DNA from: Candidatus Saccharimonas aalborgensis
Lineage (GTDB): Bacteria > Patescibacteriota > Saccharimonadia > Saccharimonadales > Saccharimonadaceae
Reading direction: 5' to 3'
NCBI RefSeq assembly: GCF_000392435.1
Contig: NC_021219.1
Location: 570,001-602,000 of the forward strand
Length of the DNA: 32,000 bases
Part shown: positions 7,096-15,614 of the stretch, piece by piece
How positions within the stretch are numbered: position 1 is the stretch's first letter
Layout of the letters: each line of letters opens with the position of its first letter
The notes under the pieces: model-generated
Told to the model about the DNA's origin: nothing
The model's input: only the letters and a program-made list of their open reading frames with translations
Databases searched by the model: none
Made by a program: the position numbers and the translations under genes

Positions 7096-8775
7096 ATGGA
7101 TACTATTCGCGAAGCGGTCAATTCAGTTATTGAATCGTTGTATAATAAACAACTTGTTGCTCATATTGAGCGACCCGACTACCACTATGGTGATTTCGCG
7201 ACAAACGTGGCGCTACAGATCGCACCTGGTCTGGGTCGTCCGCCCCGCGAAGTTGCGCAGGAACTTGCGGAAGCGCTTCAGGCTCATCCTCTATTCAATG
7301 AAGTATCGATCGCTGGTCCAGGATTTATCAATATGCGACTGACGGATAAGGCATTGGCCGCTCTGGTGACGACTGTGCCCCAGGCGCAGTTGGATGGTAG
7401 ACATTACGTTGTGGAATACAGCTGTCCGAATGCCTTTAAGGAGCTTCACACGGGGCATCTCTACCAAACAGTGCTCGGTGATATGTTGTGTCGACTGCTC
7501 GAAGCGAGTGGAGCACGGGTAACGCGGACGAGCTTCGGCGGCGACGTCGGATTGCATGTGGCGAGATGCCTATGGGGAATCGTCGATACCATTGGCGGTG
7601 AATATCCTGAGAAATTGGATGATGTCGACAAAACACCGTTTGGTCGAGCGCGGTGGATTAGCGACTGTTATGTCCGCGGTGCCGCCGCTTATGAAAGCTC
7701 CGAGCAAACAAAGCAAGCTATCGATACTCTCAATAAAACGATCTACGAATTTCACGCGAGCGATGATCACCAGTCTGCACTTGCGCAGATCTATTGGGAG
7801 ACACGTCAGTGGAGTTTTGACTATTTCGAGGCGTTTTATAAAGAGATACAGGTGGATACGATGCGCTATTACCCAGAGAGTAGCACAGCACCAACTGGTC
7901 TCGAAGTTGTCCGTGAGCAGCTCGCGAAGGGAACGGTGGTTGAGTCAGAAGGAGCGGTCGTTTTCAGAGGAGATGAGACGCAGCATCTCCATACGCGGGT
8001 GTTTATTACCAGCAAAGGTCTGCCGACCTACGAGACAAAAGATATCGGTGTGATTTGGCTCGAGCGACAAGAATATCAGTTTGACCATCGTGTGTTGATC
8101 ACCGGTAACGACCAAAAAGAATATATGCGTGTGGTATTTGCGGCGGCGGAGATATTTGATCCAAGCTTGTCGGGTACGATGACGCATATTACGAACGGCA
8201 CGGTGCGATTTGGGGATGGTAAAAAAATGAGTTCGCGCCTAGGAAACGTTGCTCGGGCGATTGACGTGGTAAATATCGTACGCGATAAAGTGAAGGAGCT
8301 CGTGTCCGATCCTTCGCTGACCGACGCCGTTGCCCTTGGGGCCATCAAATATGTATTTGCCAAATACCGTGTGGGAGGCGACATTGCTTTTGATATTGAC
8401 GAGACGGTGAGCTTAGCGGGTAATAGCGGGCCATATATCCAATATGCTCACGCTCGTGCGTGCAGCATTTTGCAAAAAGCGAATCAAAAAGGTGCACCAA
8501 TTCACACGGGCTCTTTTGATAGTACTGAGCGGGTTCTCCTGTATAAACTTGGTGAGTATACAGCTGTAGTCGAAAAAGCAACGACAGAGTTCGCTCCTCA
8601 TGGGATTTGTAGCTACCTCTATGAACTTGCTCAAGCATTCAACCGGTTTTACGAGCAATCACGCATCATCGGTGATGAGCGCGAGGCAGTACGCCTCAGT
8701 CTCGTCGAAACCTACCGGGATGTGTTGGCCTCAGGACTCGCAATTCTCGGTATCGAAGCAGTCGAAAAAATGTAA
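7096..8775 (+). CDS. argS: Arginyl-tRNA synthetase
   Basis: PNAFKELHTGHLYQTVLGD (HIGH-region variant), YDRGD-like ISGNDQ region ITGNDQKEYMRVV, GKKMSSRLG (KMSK-region variant), C-terminal DALR-like domain. Start placed at 7096; the ORF track uses 7087, which overlaps the TATAAT box. Confidence 0.95.
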   Translation: MDTIREAVNSVIESLYNKQLVAHIERPDYHYGDFATNVALQIAPGLGRPPREVAQELAEALQAHPLFNEVSIAGPGFINMRLTDKALAALVTTVPQAQLDGRHYVVEYSCPNAFKELHTGHLYQTVLGDMLCRLLEASGARVTRTSFGGDVGLHVARCLWGIVDTIGGEYPEKLDDVDKTPFGRARWISDCYVRGAAAYESSEQTKQAIDTLNKTIYEFHASDDHQSALAQIYWETRQWSFDYFEAFYKEIQVDTMRYYPESSTAPTGLEVVREQLAKGTVVESEGAVVFRGDETQHLHTRVFITSKGLPTYETKDIGVIWLERQEYQFDHRVLITGNDQKEYMRVVFAAAEIFDPSLSGTMTHITNGTVRFGDGKKMSSRLGNVARAIDVVNIVRDKVKELVSDPSLTDAVALGAIKYVFAKYRVGGDIAFDIDETVSLAGNSGPYIQYAHARACSILQKANQKGAPIHTGSFDSTERVLLYKLGEYTAVVEKATTEFAPHGICSYLYELAQAFNRFYEQSRIIGDEREAVRLSLVETYRDVLASGLAILGIEAVEKM

Positions 8776-8781
8776 GGTAGT

Positions 8782-9063
8782 TTATGAGCGTGGAGAAACG
8801 GTCGCGCCACCCTGCTTATCAACGGACACGCTAATCTCAGGAGTATTCAAACATGCCAAAAGTATGGCACGCATTCCATAATGCGTTACCATCGTGCCTT
8901 CCGGAAATTCGGTTCTCTCTCTATCTTCGAAACGGAGGGTGAAGGGGCGACCTAACGGGAAAGATGAAAATGGCGTATTAAGCGACCTGCCTTCTGCCAC
9001 CACAATTTCTAGCATATGAAACGAGCCTTCTTCCACCTGATGCTTGGGTAACTCGTGAGTCAT
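8782..9063 (-). CDS. Small hypothetical protein (93 aa, starts MTHELPKHQVEEGSFHMLEIVVAEG)
   Basis: Near-perfect SD aaggaggtgag directly upstream of ATG at 9063; located downstream of argH on the same strand. Confidence 0.65.
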   Translation of the reverse strand: MTHELPKHQVEEGSFHMLEIVVAEGRSLNTPFSSFPLGRPFTLRFEDRERTEFPEGTMVTHYGMRAILLACLNTPEISVSVDKQGGATVSPRS

Positions 9064-9118
9064 CTCACCTCCTTTTTGGCTAGTGTACCGATGAGTGGGG
9101 GTCGGTGTCAAGCGTAAG

Positions 9119-10309
9119 CTATTGCAGGGTACGTTTGACTTCGACGTAGGCATCACGAAATGCCATGCCCTCCGCGACACGTTTGTTGATCTTTGCAACG
9201 GTATAGAGCTCATCGGTCATAGCAGCGTCGAGATGTTTTGTGTTGAGCATGAGATTGCGAACACACAGTGTGAGAACCTCAAGCGTTTGCTGGGCTGATT
9301 GGCAGGCTTCGATGGTGATGGCTTTGGTAAGCTGGAGATCACGGTGATAGCCGCTGCCAACCCCGGCAGTAATTGCGTGTAGTTTTGTGATATGACCTGA
9401 GTAGGAGTGGGCGGTTGCGCGCATAATTTCAAAGACATCGTAATTTCTTTTGTGAGGCATAATCGACGAACCAGTCGTCATACTCTTTGGGAGTGAGAAG
9501 AAATTAAACTCTTGTGATGTAAATAACAGCATGTCCTCGGCAAACTTCCCCGCAAAGACCATGAAGGGGACAAAGGCCTGTATGGTGATGAGTTCAAATA
9601 CTCCGCGTGACAGACCGCAGTAGAGAGGGTTATCTTGCACTTTTGCAAAGGAAAGCTCTTTTGTTGTCATCTCACGGTCTAGAGGAAGTTCGATACCGAA
9701 GCCGGCTGCCGATCCGAGCGGGTTTTGGTCGATGAGGGCAAGCGTGTTTGTGAGATAGGGCAGGGTGTCGGCAAATGCATCACGGTACGAACCGAGCCAC
9801 AATGCCACAGTCGTAGGCATGGCTTTTTGGGTGTGCGTATAGCCGGGCATCGCTTGCGATCCAGCCGCTGCGATCGCTTGATCGTAGGCATCGCATAGCG
9901 TGGTAACTTCAGCGCTGATCGCCGAGAGCTGATCCTTGAGGTACAGCCGCATCATCACGAGCGCCTGATCGTTGCGGCTGCGGCCAGTGTGAACTTTTTT
10001 GCCGATCGGGCCTAGTTTGGCGGTGAGGTATTTCTCTATAGCAGTATGACCATCTTCGTCCTCTGATGTAACTACAAAAGTACCTTTCTGCCACTTATCG
10101 TAGAGAGCGTCGAGAGTATCAGCAATTTGCTTATATTCATCCCGAGAAAGGATACTGATACTCGAGAGCATGTGGGCATGTGCTTTTGTGGCGGTGATAT
10201 CGTAGCCAAGAAGTGTTTGATCGCAGCTACGGTCATTTCCCACCGTGTAGTGTTCGACAAGTGGGTGGAGCTCATCGTCATCAATTTGCCAAAGTTTAGT
10301 TGTCGTCAT
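9119..10309 (-). CDS. argH: Argininosuccinate lyase
   Basis: EDGHTAIEKYLT, HTGRSRNDQ, AMPGYTHTQKAMPTT, and GSSIMPHKRNYDVFE (fumarase/ASL signature). Start at MTTTKLWQIDD behind ggag; overlaps the argG 3' end by 14 nt. Confidence 0.95.
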   Translation of the reverse strand: MTTTKLWQIDDDELHPLVEHYTVGNDRSCDQTLLGYDITATKAHAHMLSSISILSRDEYKQIADTLDALYDKWQKGTFVVTSEDEDGHTAIEKYLTAKLGPIGKKVHTGRSRNDQALVMMRLYLKDQLSAISAEVTTLCDAYDQAIAAAGSQAMPGYTHTQKAMPTTVALWLGSYRDAFADTLPYLTNTLALIDQNPLGSAAGFGIELPLDREMTTKELSFAKVQDNPLYCGLSRGVFELITIQAFVPFMVFAGKFAEDMLLFTSQEFNFFSLPKSMTTGSSIMPHKRNYDVFEIMRATAHSYSGHITKLHAITAGVGSGYHRDLQLTKAITIEACQSAQQTLEVLTLCVRNLMLNTKHLDAAMTDELYTVAKINKRVAEGMAFRDAYVEVKRTLQ

Positions 10310-11561
10310 AGGTAAATACTCCGTATGCAGTTTTCTGGGCAAGCGTGTAAATCTCAATGAAGCCTGCTGATGCATTTTGATTGAATGCTTCGCTGGTGTC
10401 AAATGTGGCAAGACTATGGTCGAATAACGAATGAGGTGAGGTGAGACTAACAACGTTGGCATGTCCCTTGTGGAGTTCTACAGTAACCTCCCCCGTCACT
10501 TTCTTATTGTGATCGTCTATGTACGCTGAGATGTGATGAAGCGTAGGTTCGTGCCACTGAGCGGCGTACACCATGTAGGCCCATTTGGTATCCATGAGAC
10601 CTTTCAATTCGTTCTCGACTCTCGTTGAGACGAGTTGCTCAAGTTTTTTGTGCGCGGTGATAAGGATGGTCGCGGCGGGATTTTCGTAGACCCCTCGGAC
10701 CTTGAGTCCCACCAAACGATCTTCGATAAGGGTGACTACTCCGACACCGTGTGTCGCGCCGATCGTGTTGCAGGTTTCGATGATGCCAGTAAGAGACTGA
10801 GGTTTGCCATCAATCGAGACAGGGACGCCGTTTTTGAAGCCAATGACGATACGAGTGGCGTCTTGAGGTGTCTTGTCGAGGGGATTACACCAACTCAAAA
10901 TGGCGTGAGTTTTTGGGATGAGACTAGGATGCTCGATCTCTCCTCCTTCGCTGGTGATGCCCCACATATTTTCGTCCTTCGAGTAAGGCGAATCAAGGGT
11001 TTGAACGACAGGAATATCGTGGGCGATGGCGTAGGCGATTTCAGCCTCGCGCCCCATGCTCCACTCACGAACAGGTGCAATGATTTTGAGCGAAGGATCG
11101 AGCGTAGTGATATAAGATTCAAACCGCACCTGGTCGTTACCTTTGCCAGTCGCACCGTGTGCAATAACGTGACAGTTATTTTCTTTGGCAAATTTGACCG
11201 CTAACTCAGAAATGATAATTCTCCCAAGCGGTGTACTCAGCGCATAACCTCCCTGATAGTCGGCGTTTGCCTTGATGGCGTGCGAGAGGAATTTTTCGGC
11301 GAATTCTTTTTTTGCATCGTAGGTAATGGTTTTTTTTGCGCCAAGTTTTTTTGCTTTTGCCTCGATTGCTGTGAGGTCGTCGGCCGTTTGTCCGATATCA
11401 ATGGTGAGCGTAATAATCTCGCAGTGATACGTTTCTTGTATCCATTTCAGCATAACTGATGTATCGAGACCCCCCGAATAGAGCAGCAGGCAGCGTGAAA
11501 ACGTGTTTGGGTGAGCTTCGTGGCTGGCAACTTTTTTGTAGTTTGTCACTTCTTTGTTCAT
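10296..11561 (-). CDS. argG: Argininosuccinate synthase
   Basis: LLLYSGGLDTSVMLKWIQE (PP-loop), HGATGKGNDQVRFE, PVREWSMGREAEIAYA. Start at MNKEVTNYKK behind SD aaggga; the frame stays open upstream. Confidence 0.95.
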   Translation of the reverse strand: MNKEVTNYKKVASHEAHPNTFSRCLLLYSGGLDTSVMLKWIQETYHCEIITLTIDIGQTADDLTAIEAKAKKLGAKKTITYDAKKEFAEKFLSHAIKANADYQGGYALSTPLGRIIISELAVKFAKENNCHVIAHGATGKGNDQVRFESYITTLDPSLKIIAPVREWSMGREAEIAYAIAHDIPVVQTLDSPYSKDENMWGITSEGGEIEHPSLIPKTHAILSWCNPLDKTPQDATRIVIGFKNGVPVSIDGKPQSLTGIIETCNTIGATHGVGVVTLIEDRLVGLKVRGVYENPAATILITAHKKLEQLVSTRVENELKGLMDTKWAYMVYAAQWHEPTLHHISAYIDDHNKKVTGEVTVELHKGHANVVSLTSPHSLFDHSLATFDTSEAFNQNASAGFIEIYTLAQKTAYGVFTYDDN

Positions 11562-11589
11562 GGTAGGTCCCTTCTTGTGATAATAAATA

Positions 11590-11650
11590 CGCCCTCTTGG
11601 TGCGAGGGCGCGATTTTGGTTCAGATGATATATACGAAACATGCCCTCTT
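11590..11650 (-). promoter_or_regulatory. argG 5' leader with alternative hairpins (attenuator-like or translational switch)
   Basis: On the minus strand: AAGAGGGC (11650-11643), then CGCCCTC (11610-11604), then GAGGGCG (11596-11590). The middle segment can pair with either flanking one. The 8-mer GCCCTCTT is repeated on the plus strand at 11591-11598 and 11643-11650. Confidence 0.45.
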
Positions 11651-11816
11651 TAATGGCGAAGGCGACGACGGAAATCAGCAAATTGGTGATAACTCATGGG
11701 CTTAGTATACAGTGTGTCGTGAAAAAAATACAAGTACTCTTTACATAGCTGGACTGAGGCACTACAATGGATCGACAACACTGAAGCAGTCAGATAACAA
11801 CCAAAGAGGTGAGTGT

Positions 11817-12383
11817 ATGTCGGCAGGAGCGGTGATAGAGCAATACAAACGGTGGGGAAATAGCGTCGAGCTACGCGTCTTTGACCATTTGCCGTATCAA
11901 CGCCGCCTTGAAATCGCGCGAGCTCTCGCAGTTGCAACGACGAGCAGCGCTGAGCAACCACTTCAAATGCTGCCGATTACACCCGAGGAGGTGTACGCGA
12001 AATACGCGGGCGTGGTCGCGCTTGTTGACGGGCAATTTGGCGGCTATGTGGGAGCCATGCAGCCGCTTAAACATGGAGTAAGGACCATGTCTGAGGTAGG
12101 CTCACTATGGGTACCGGGCGAATTTCGTCGACATGGTATCGGTACGTCGCTGACCAAATCAGTTAGTCGCCTGATACAGTTGGACGGCATTACGCCGTAC
12201 GCCTTCTGTAATCCTTCGAGTAAGGGTATTTTTGATGCGAGCGGTTACCAGGAGCGTACGCTCCGTGATGTTCCCGAGGAGGCAGGATCGCTCTGTGCCC
12301 GCTGTCCAAAGCTGGGAGCGAGAGTGCTTGGTGTAGAATGTTGCGATACTGTTATGGTGTATGAGGAACAGCATGACAAATAA
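11817..12383 (+). CDS. GNAT-family N-acetyltransferase
   Basis: SEVGSLWVPGEFRRHGIGTSLTKSVSRLIQ resembles GNAT motif A (R/Q-x-x-G-x-G/A), followed by FCNPSSKGIFDASGYQE. Start at MSAGAVIEQ behind agaggtgag. Confidence 0.7.
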   Translation: MSAGAVIEQYKRWGNSVELRVFDHLPYQRRLEIARALAVATTSSAEQPLQMLPITPEEVYAKYAGVVALVDGQFGGYVGAMQPLKHGVRTMSEVGSLWVPGEFRRHGIGTSLTKSVSRLIQLDGITPYAFCNPSSKGIFDASGYQERTLRDVPEEAGSLCARCPKLGARVLGVECCDTVMVYEEQHDK

Positions 12384-13482
12384 TGTGCTCGAACACACCA
12401 AGGAACTCGTCCGTATTGCTTCCGTTTCCGGGAATGAGACAGAGATATTGGATTTTATCCATCGTTGGGCGACAGAAGCGGGGCTCTCAGATATCCATGC
12501 TACCAATAGGTTTGTGTGTGGTGTCGTACGCGCTAAAAAGCCAGCGAGGCGTGCATTGATTCTTTGCGGTCACATTGATACCGTTGCGTCGGGTGAGGTC
12601 AGCGAGTGGTCGCATATTCCTTGGGAGCCTGTCGAAGCCGATGGTCGGCTCTCTGGCCTGGGTGTCGGTGATATGAAGGCCGGTGTGGCGATTCAGATGG
12701 CCTGTATGGAATCTGCAGCCGCACATCCACACGAGTATGATCTATGGATAGCCGCAGTTGCTGCCGAGGAAGTTGATGGCGCAGGTGCGGCTGCGTTCAC
12801 TGATTACTTTGAGTCAAAGACAGACTATCAAGAGGTAAATTGTATTATCGCCGAGCCGACAAACGCTAGTCGTGTCGAGGTTGGTCACCGAGGTAATCGT
12901 TTTGTAACCTTTAGTTTCTCGGGAGAGGCTGGCCATGCGTCCCAAGAGCAGCAGTATGCTATTTCGTCTCTGCCGCCGCTCGTTGCGATGCTAAACGATC
13001 TTGAAGTGATTCGTGAGCATCTGCGCCGCAAGTATCGCAGTGAAGTAATGGGTGTACCGTCATTTACCCCTACCCGCGTAGGGTCGGGCAAGAATAGCTC
13101 GCTCAATAAAACAAGCGACCTGTCGACACTTTCAGTCGATATCCGTACCACGCCCGAGATGGACGAAGATTTTGAGCGATGGATCGATAACCTAGCGGCT
13201 ACCTATTCATGCACCTGGCGATATGACGCAAGCTTTGTACCTTCTGCATCTTGTTCGCGTTCGGCACCCATCCTTGCCTGCGCAAAACAGGTGACGGGTA
13301 TTGCTGCGTCGAGTATTAGCAGCGGTGCAACCGACCAAGCCTATTTCCAGCAGAAAGGTATCGACACGATTATTTATGGTCCGGGAGAGTTTGAACGTGC
13401 TCACACCTGTAACGAATCAATAAGCATCCAAGCGATAAAGGAGGTGTACCGGCAGTATACAGCTATCATGCAAGCGTATTAG
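12373..13482 (+). CDS. M20-family metallopeptidase/deacylase (ArgE/DapE/carboxypeptidase-like)
   Basis: LILCGHIDTV, LGVGDMKAGVAIQ, VAAEEVDGAGA, IIAEPT, and late GATDQAYFQQKGI metal/substrate motifs. Overlaps the end of the GNAT gene. Confidence 0.85.
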   Translation: MTNNVLEHTKELVRIASVSGNETEILDFIHRWATEAGLSDIHATNRFVCGVVRAKKPARRALILCGHIDTVASGEVSEWSHIPWEPVEADGRLSGLGVGDMKAGVAIQMACMESAAAHPHEYDLWIAAVAAEEVDGAGAAAFTDYFESKTDYQEVNCIIAEPTNASRVEVGHRGNRFVTFSFSGEAGHASQEQQYAISSLPPLVAMLNDLEVIREHLRRKYRSEVMGVPSFTPTRVGSGKNSSLNKTSDLSTLSVDIRTTPEMDEDFERWIDNLAATYSCTWRYDASFVPSASCSRSAPILACAKQVTGIAASSISSGATDQAYFQQKGIDTIIYGPGEFERAHTCNESISIQAIKEVYRQYTAIMQAY

Positions 13483-13533
13483 ACCCATCAGTCATTGTGT
13501 AAAGCAACTCAACTAACCCCAGAAGGATAGATA

Positions 13534-14778
13534 ATGAACACACTTGAGAAACCAATTCACAATAATTCAGAGATCGGTACACTCCGCTCGGTGCTGCTGC
13601 ATCGTCCTGGAGGAGAACTAGAAAATCTCACCCCTGATACCATGGCCGAATTGCTGTTTGACGACGTGCCGTATTTGAGAGAAGCTCGGCGAGAGCACGA
13701 TGCGTTTGCTAACGTTTTGCGGACCCGAGGTGCAGAAGTACTGTATCTCGACCAGCTCGCCATAGAGGCGCTCGCTGATAATGAGGTTCGCAAGGCCTTT
13801 ACTGGCGAGATGATAGAAGGCTCAGGAATCGAGGGTCTCAGAACACGTGCCCGCGTAGCGAGCCATTTGGCCGATATGACGACTCACGATATGGTGTGGA
13901 AAGTCATGCAAGGTATCCGTAAGGATGAATTGCCAGGTGGCGACGATGAATTCCAGCTGGTTCGCCTTGCTACTGATAGGACACTACCATTTCACTTGGC
14001 TCCTATGCCAAACCTCTATTTTACTCGTGATCCAGCCGCTGCGATTGGAGATGGGCTGACGATCAATCACATGCGCTTTCCGGCGCGCCAGCGTGAATCA
14101 CTCTTTATGAGATATATTGTTTCTCATCATCCTCGTTTCGCAAAGAGCGGCGTTAAAGTTTGGTATGATCGCGAGCAACCCTATGCTGTCGAAGGAGGCG
14201 ATGAACTTGTGCTCAGTGACCGCGTCATGGCAATTGGTATGAGCCAACGCACCTCACCCCAAGCAGTTGAAATGATCGCAAGGGAGCTATTTGACCGATC
14301 AACGTTTGATACTGTGATAGGAGTCGAGATCCCTGACTCACGCGCTTTTATGCATCTCGACACTGTCTTTACAATGGTCGGGCCCAATTCGTTCTCGATC
14401 CACCCCGAAGTACGTGCTGGCAGTAATGCGATGAAACTCTATGTCATGAAAAAACGCGGCGAACACGGAGACATGGCTATCAGTGAGGAAAGTGATCTGA
14501 CAAAAGTCCTTTGCGACACACTGGGACTTGATGGTGTTCAGCTGATCGAGTGCGGTGCGGGCGATCCCATCGCTGCCGCTCGTGAGCAGTGGAACGATGG
14601 GTCAAACACACTGGCGATTGCTCCAAATGTAGTTGTCACGTATGACCGAAATACCGTTACCAACCGCGCTCTTAGAGAGTCGGGTATCGAAGTTATCGAA
14701 GTACCAAGTGGCGAGTTGTCGCGTGGCCGAGGTGGTCCTCGCTGCATGAGTATGCCACTTGTACGCGATGATGTATAG
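13534..14778 (+). CDS. arcA: Arginine deiminase
   Basis: EIGTLRSVLLHRPGGELENLTP, MPNLYFTRDP, EGGDELVLSD, HLDTVFTMV, GRGGPRCMSMPLVRDD (catalytic Cys region). Confidence 0.97.
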   Translation: MNTLEKPIHNNSEIGTLRSVLLHRPGGELENLTPDTMAELLFDDVPYLREARREHDAFANVLRTRGAEVLYLDQLAIEALADNEVRKAFTGEMIEGSGIEGLRTRARVASHLADMTTHDMVWKVMQGIRKDELPGGDDEFQLVRLATDRTLPFHLAPMPNLYFTRDPAAAIGDGLTINHMRFPARQRESLFMRYIVSHHPRFAKSGVKVWYDREQPYAVEGGDELVLSDRVMAIGMSQRTSPQAVEMIARELFDRSTFDTVIGVEIPDSRAFMHLDTVFTMVGPNSFSIHPEVRAGSNAMKLYVMKKRGEHGDMAISEESDLTKVLCDTLGLDGVQLIECGAGDPIAAAREQWNDGSNTLAIAPNVVVTYDRNTVTNRALRESGIEVIEVPSGELSRGRGGPRCMSMPLVRDDV

Positions 14779-14786
14779 GTATGGCA

Positions 14787-15086
14787 TTACGAGAGGGTGA
14801 GTGGAACGGGACATTCCTGCCGGGCAGCCTCGATGTATTCAGCGCGGTGAGTGGCATAATGCTCATAGCCGCGCCAGAGGGCTGCTTGGAGTGCTTGTCG
14901 AGCGAGTAGTAGATTTCGTTCGGCTTCTAAGGGTGACGTGGTTGCAGTGGGCTCTTTGGTCAAAAATGCTAGGAGGTCTTCGTTTGCCATCACTCTTTTT
15001 TCCCACACTCGCACATCGGCACGTAGTGCCAACATATCGCTGGTAAGTGAAGTGTTTTGGTTGGCTAAAGGGAAGCGTTCTGTCAT
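14787..15086 (-). CDS. Hypothetical protein, 99 aa, likely helical
   Basis: Complete ORF with a near-ideal upstream sigma70-type promoter; no recognised domain. Confidence 0.6.
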   Translation of the reverse strand: MTERFPLANQNTSLTSDMLALRADVRVWEKRVMANEDLLAFLTKEPTATTSPLEAERNLLLARQALQAALWRGYEHYATHRAEYIEAARQECPVPLTLS

Positions 15087-15110
15087 AGAGATACCTAGAT
15101 ATATTATATA

Positions 15111-15139
15111 ATTATAAATTAAAATGAAATTGATGTCAA
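15111..15139 (-). promoter_or_regulatory. Consensus sigma70-type promoter (TTGACA-N17-TATAAT)
   Basis: Minus strand ttgaca (15139-15134), 17-nt AT-rich spacer, tataat (15116-15111), driving the 99-aa ORF. Confidence 0.75.
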
Positions 15140-15211
15140 AGGGTATATCGACGTCTTGTCTGTCTGACGGGTCTATACTATACTGCTTTTATACATAACA
15201 GAGGAGGCGTC

Positions 15212-15565
15212 ATGCCAGCAAAGAGTGTTGCAAATGCAAAAGGTCATAGTGCAGGATTTATGAACTTCATCAGGGAGCAGGGGGTTGTTGGGTTGGCAGT
15301 CGGTCTGGCGATTGGTACTGCCGCAGGCGATACGGTCAAACAACTTGTCGGTGCCTTTATCGACCCGCTTGTTCAGCTGATCGTTGGTTCGCAGGCAGGC
15401 CTGAAGGCGGCCGAGTTTACGCTCAAGGTAGGTGATCGTGAGGGTGTCTTTGCATGGGGTGCTTTCGTGAGCTCGCTCATCACGCTCCTCGCAGTTGCAT
15501 TCGTCGTCTACGCCATTGTTCATTTGATGAAACTCGATAAACTCGATAAATCAAAAGACAAGTAG
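15212..15565 (+). CDS. mscL: Large-conductance mechanosensitive channel
   Basis: FMNFIREQGVVGLAVGLAIGTAAGDTVKQLVGAFIDPLVQLIVG matches MscL TM1; TM2 is VFAWGAFVSSLITLLAVAFVVYAIV. SD gaggagg. Confidence 0.88.
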   Translation: MPAKSVANAKGHSAGFMNFIREQGVVGLAVGLAIGTAAGDTVKQLVGAFIDPLVQLIVGSQAGLKAAEFTLKVGDREGVFAWGAFVSSLITLLAVAFVVYAIVHLMKLDKLDKSKDK

Positions 15566-15614
15566 ACCCAATCTCGTTAGTTCATCCTAGTGCTGTTGTA
15601 TAATCAAAAGCATC

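Noticed and set aside
7556-8053. 165-aa ORF on the plus strand inside argS
   Set aside because: Alternate frame of a highly confident argS; low-complexity Arg/Ser composition typical of a shadow frame.
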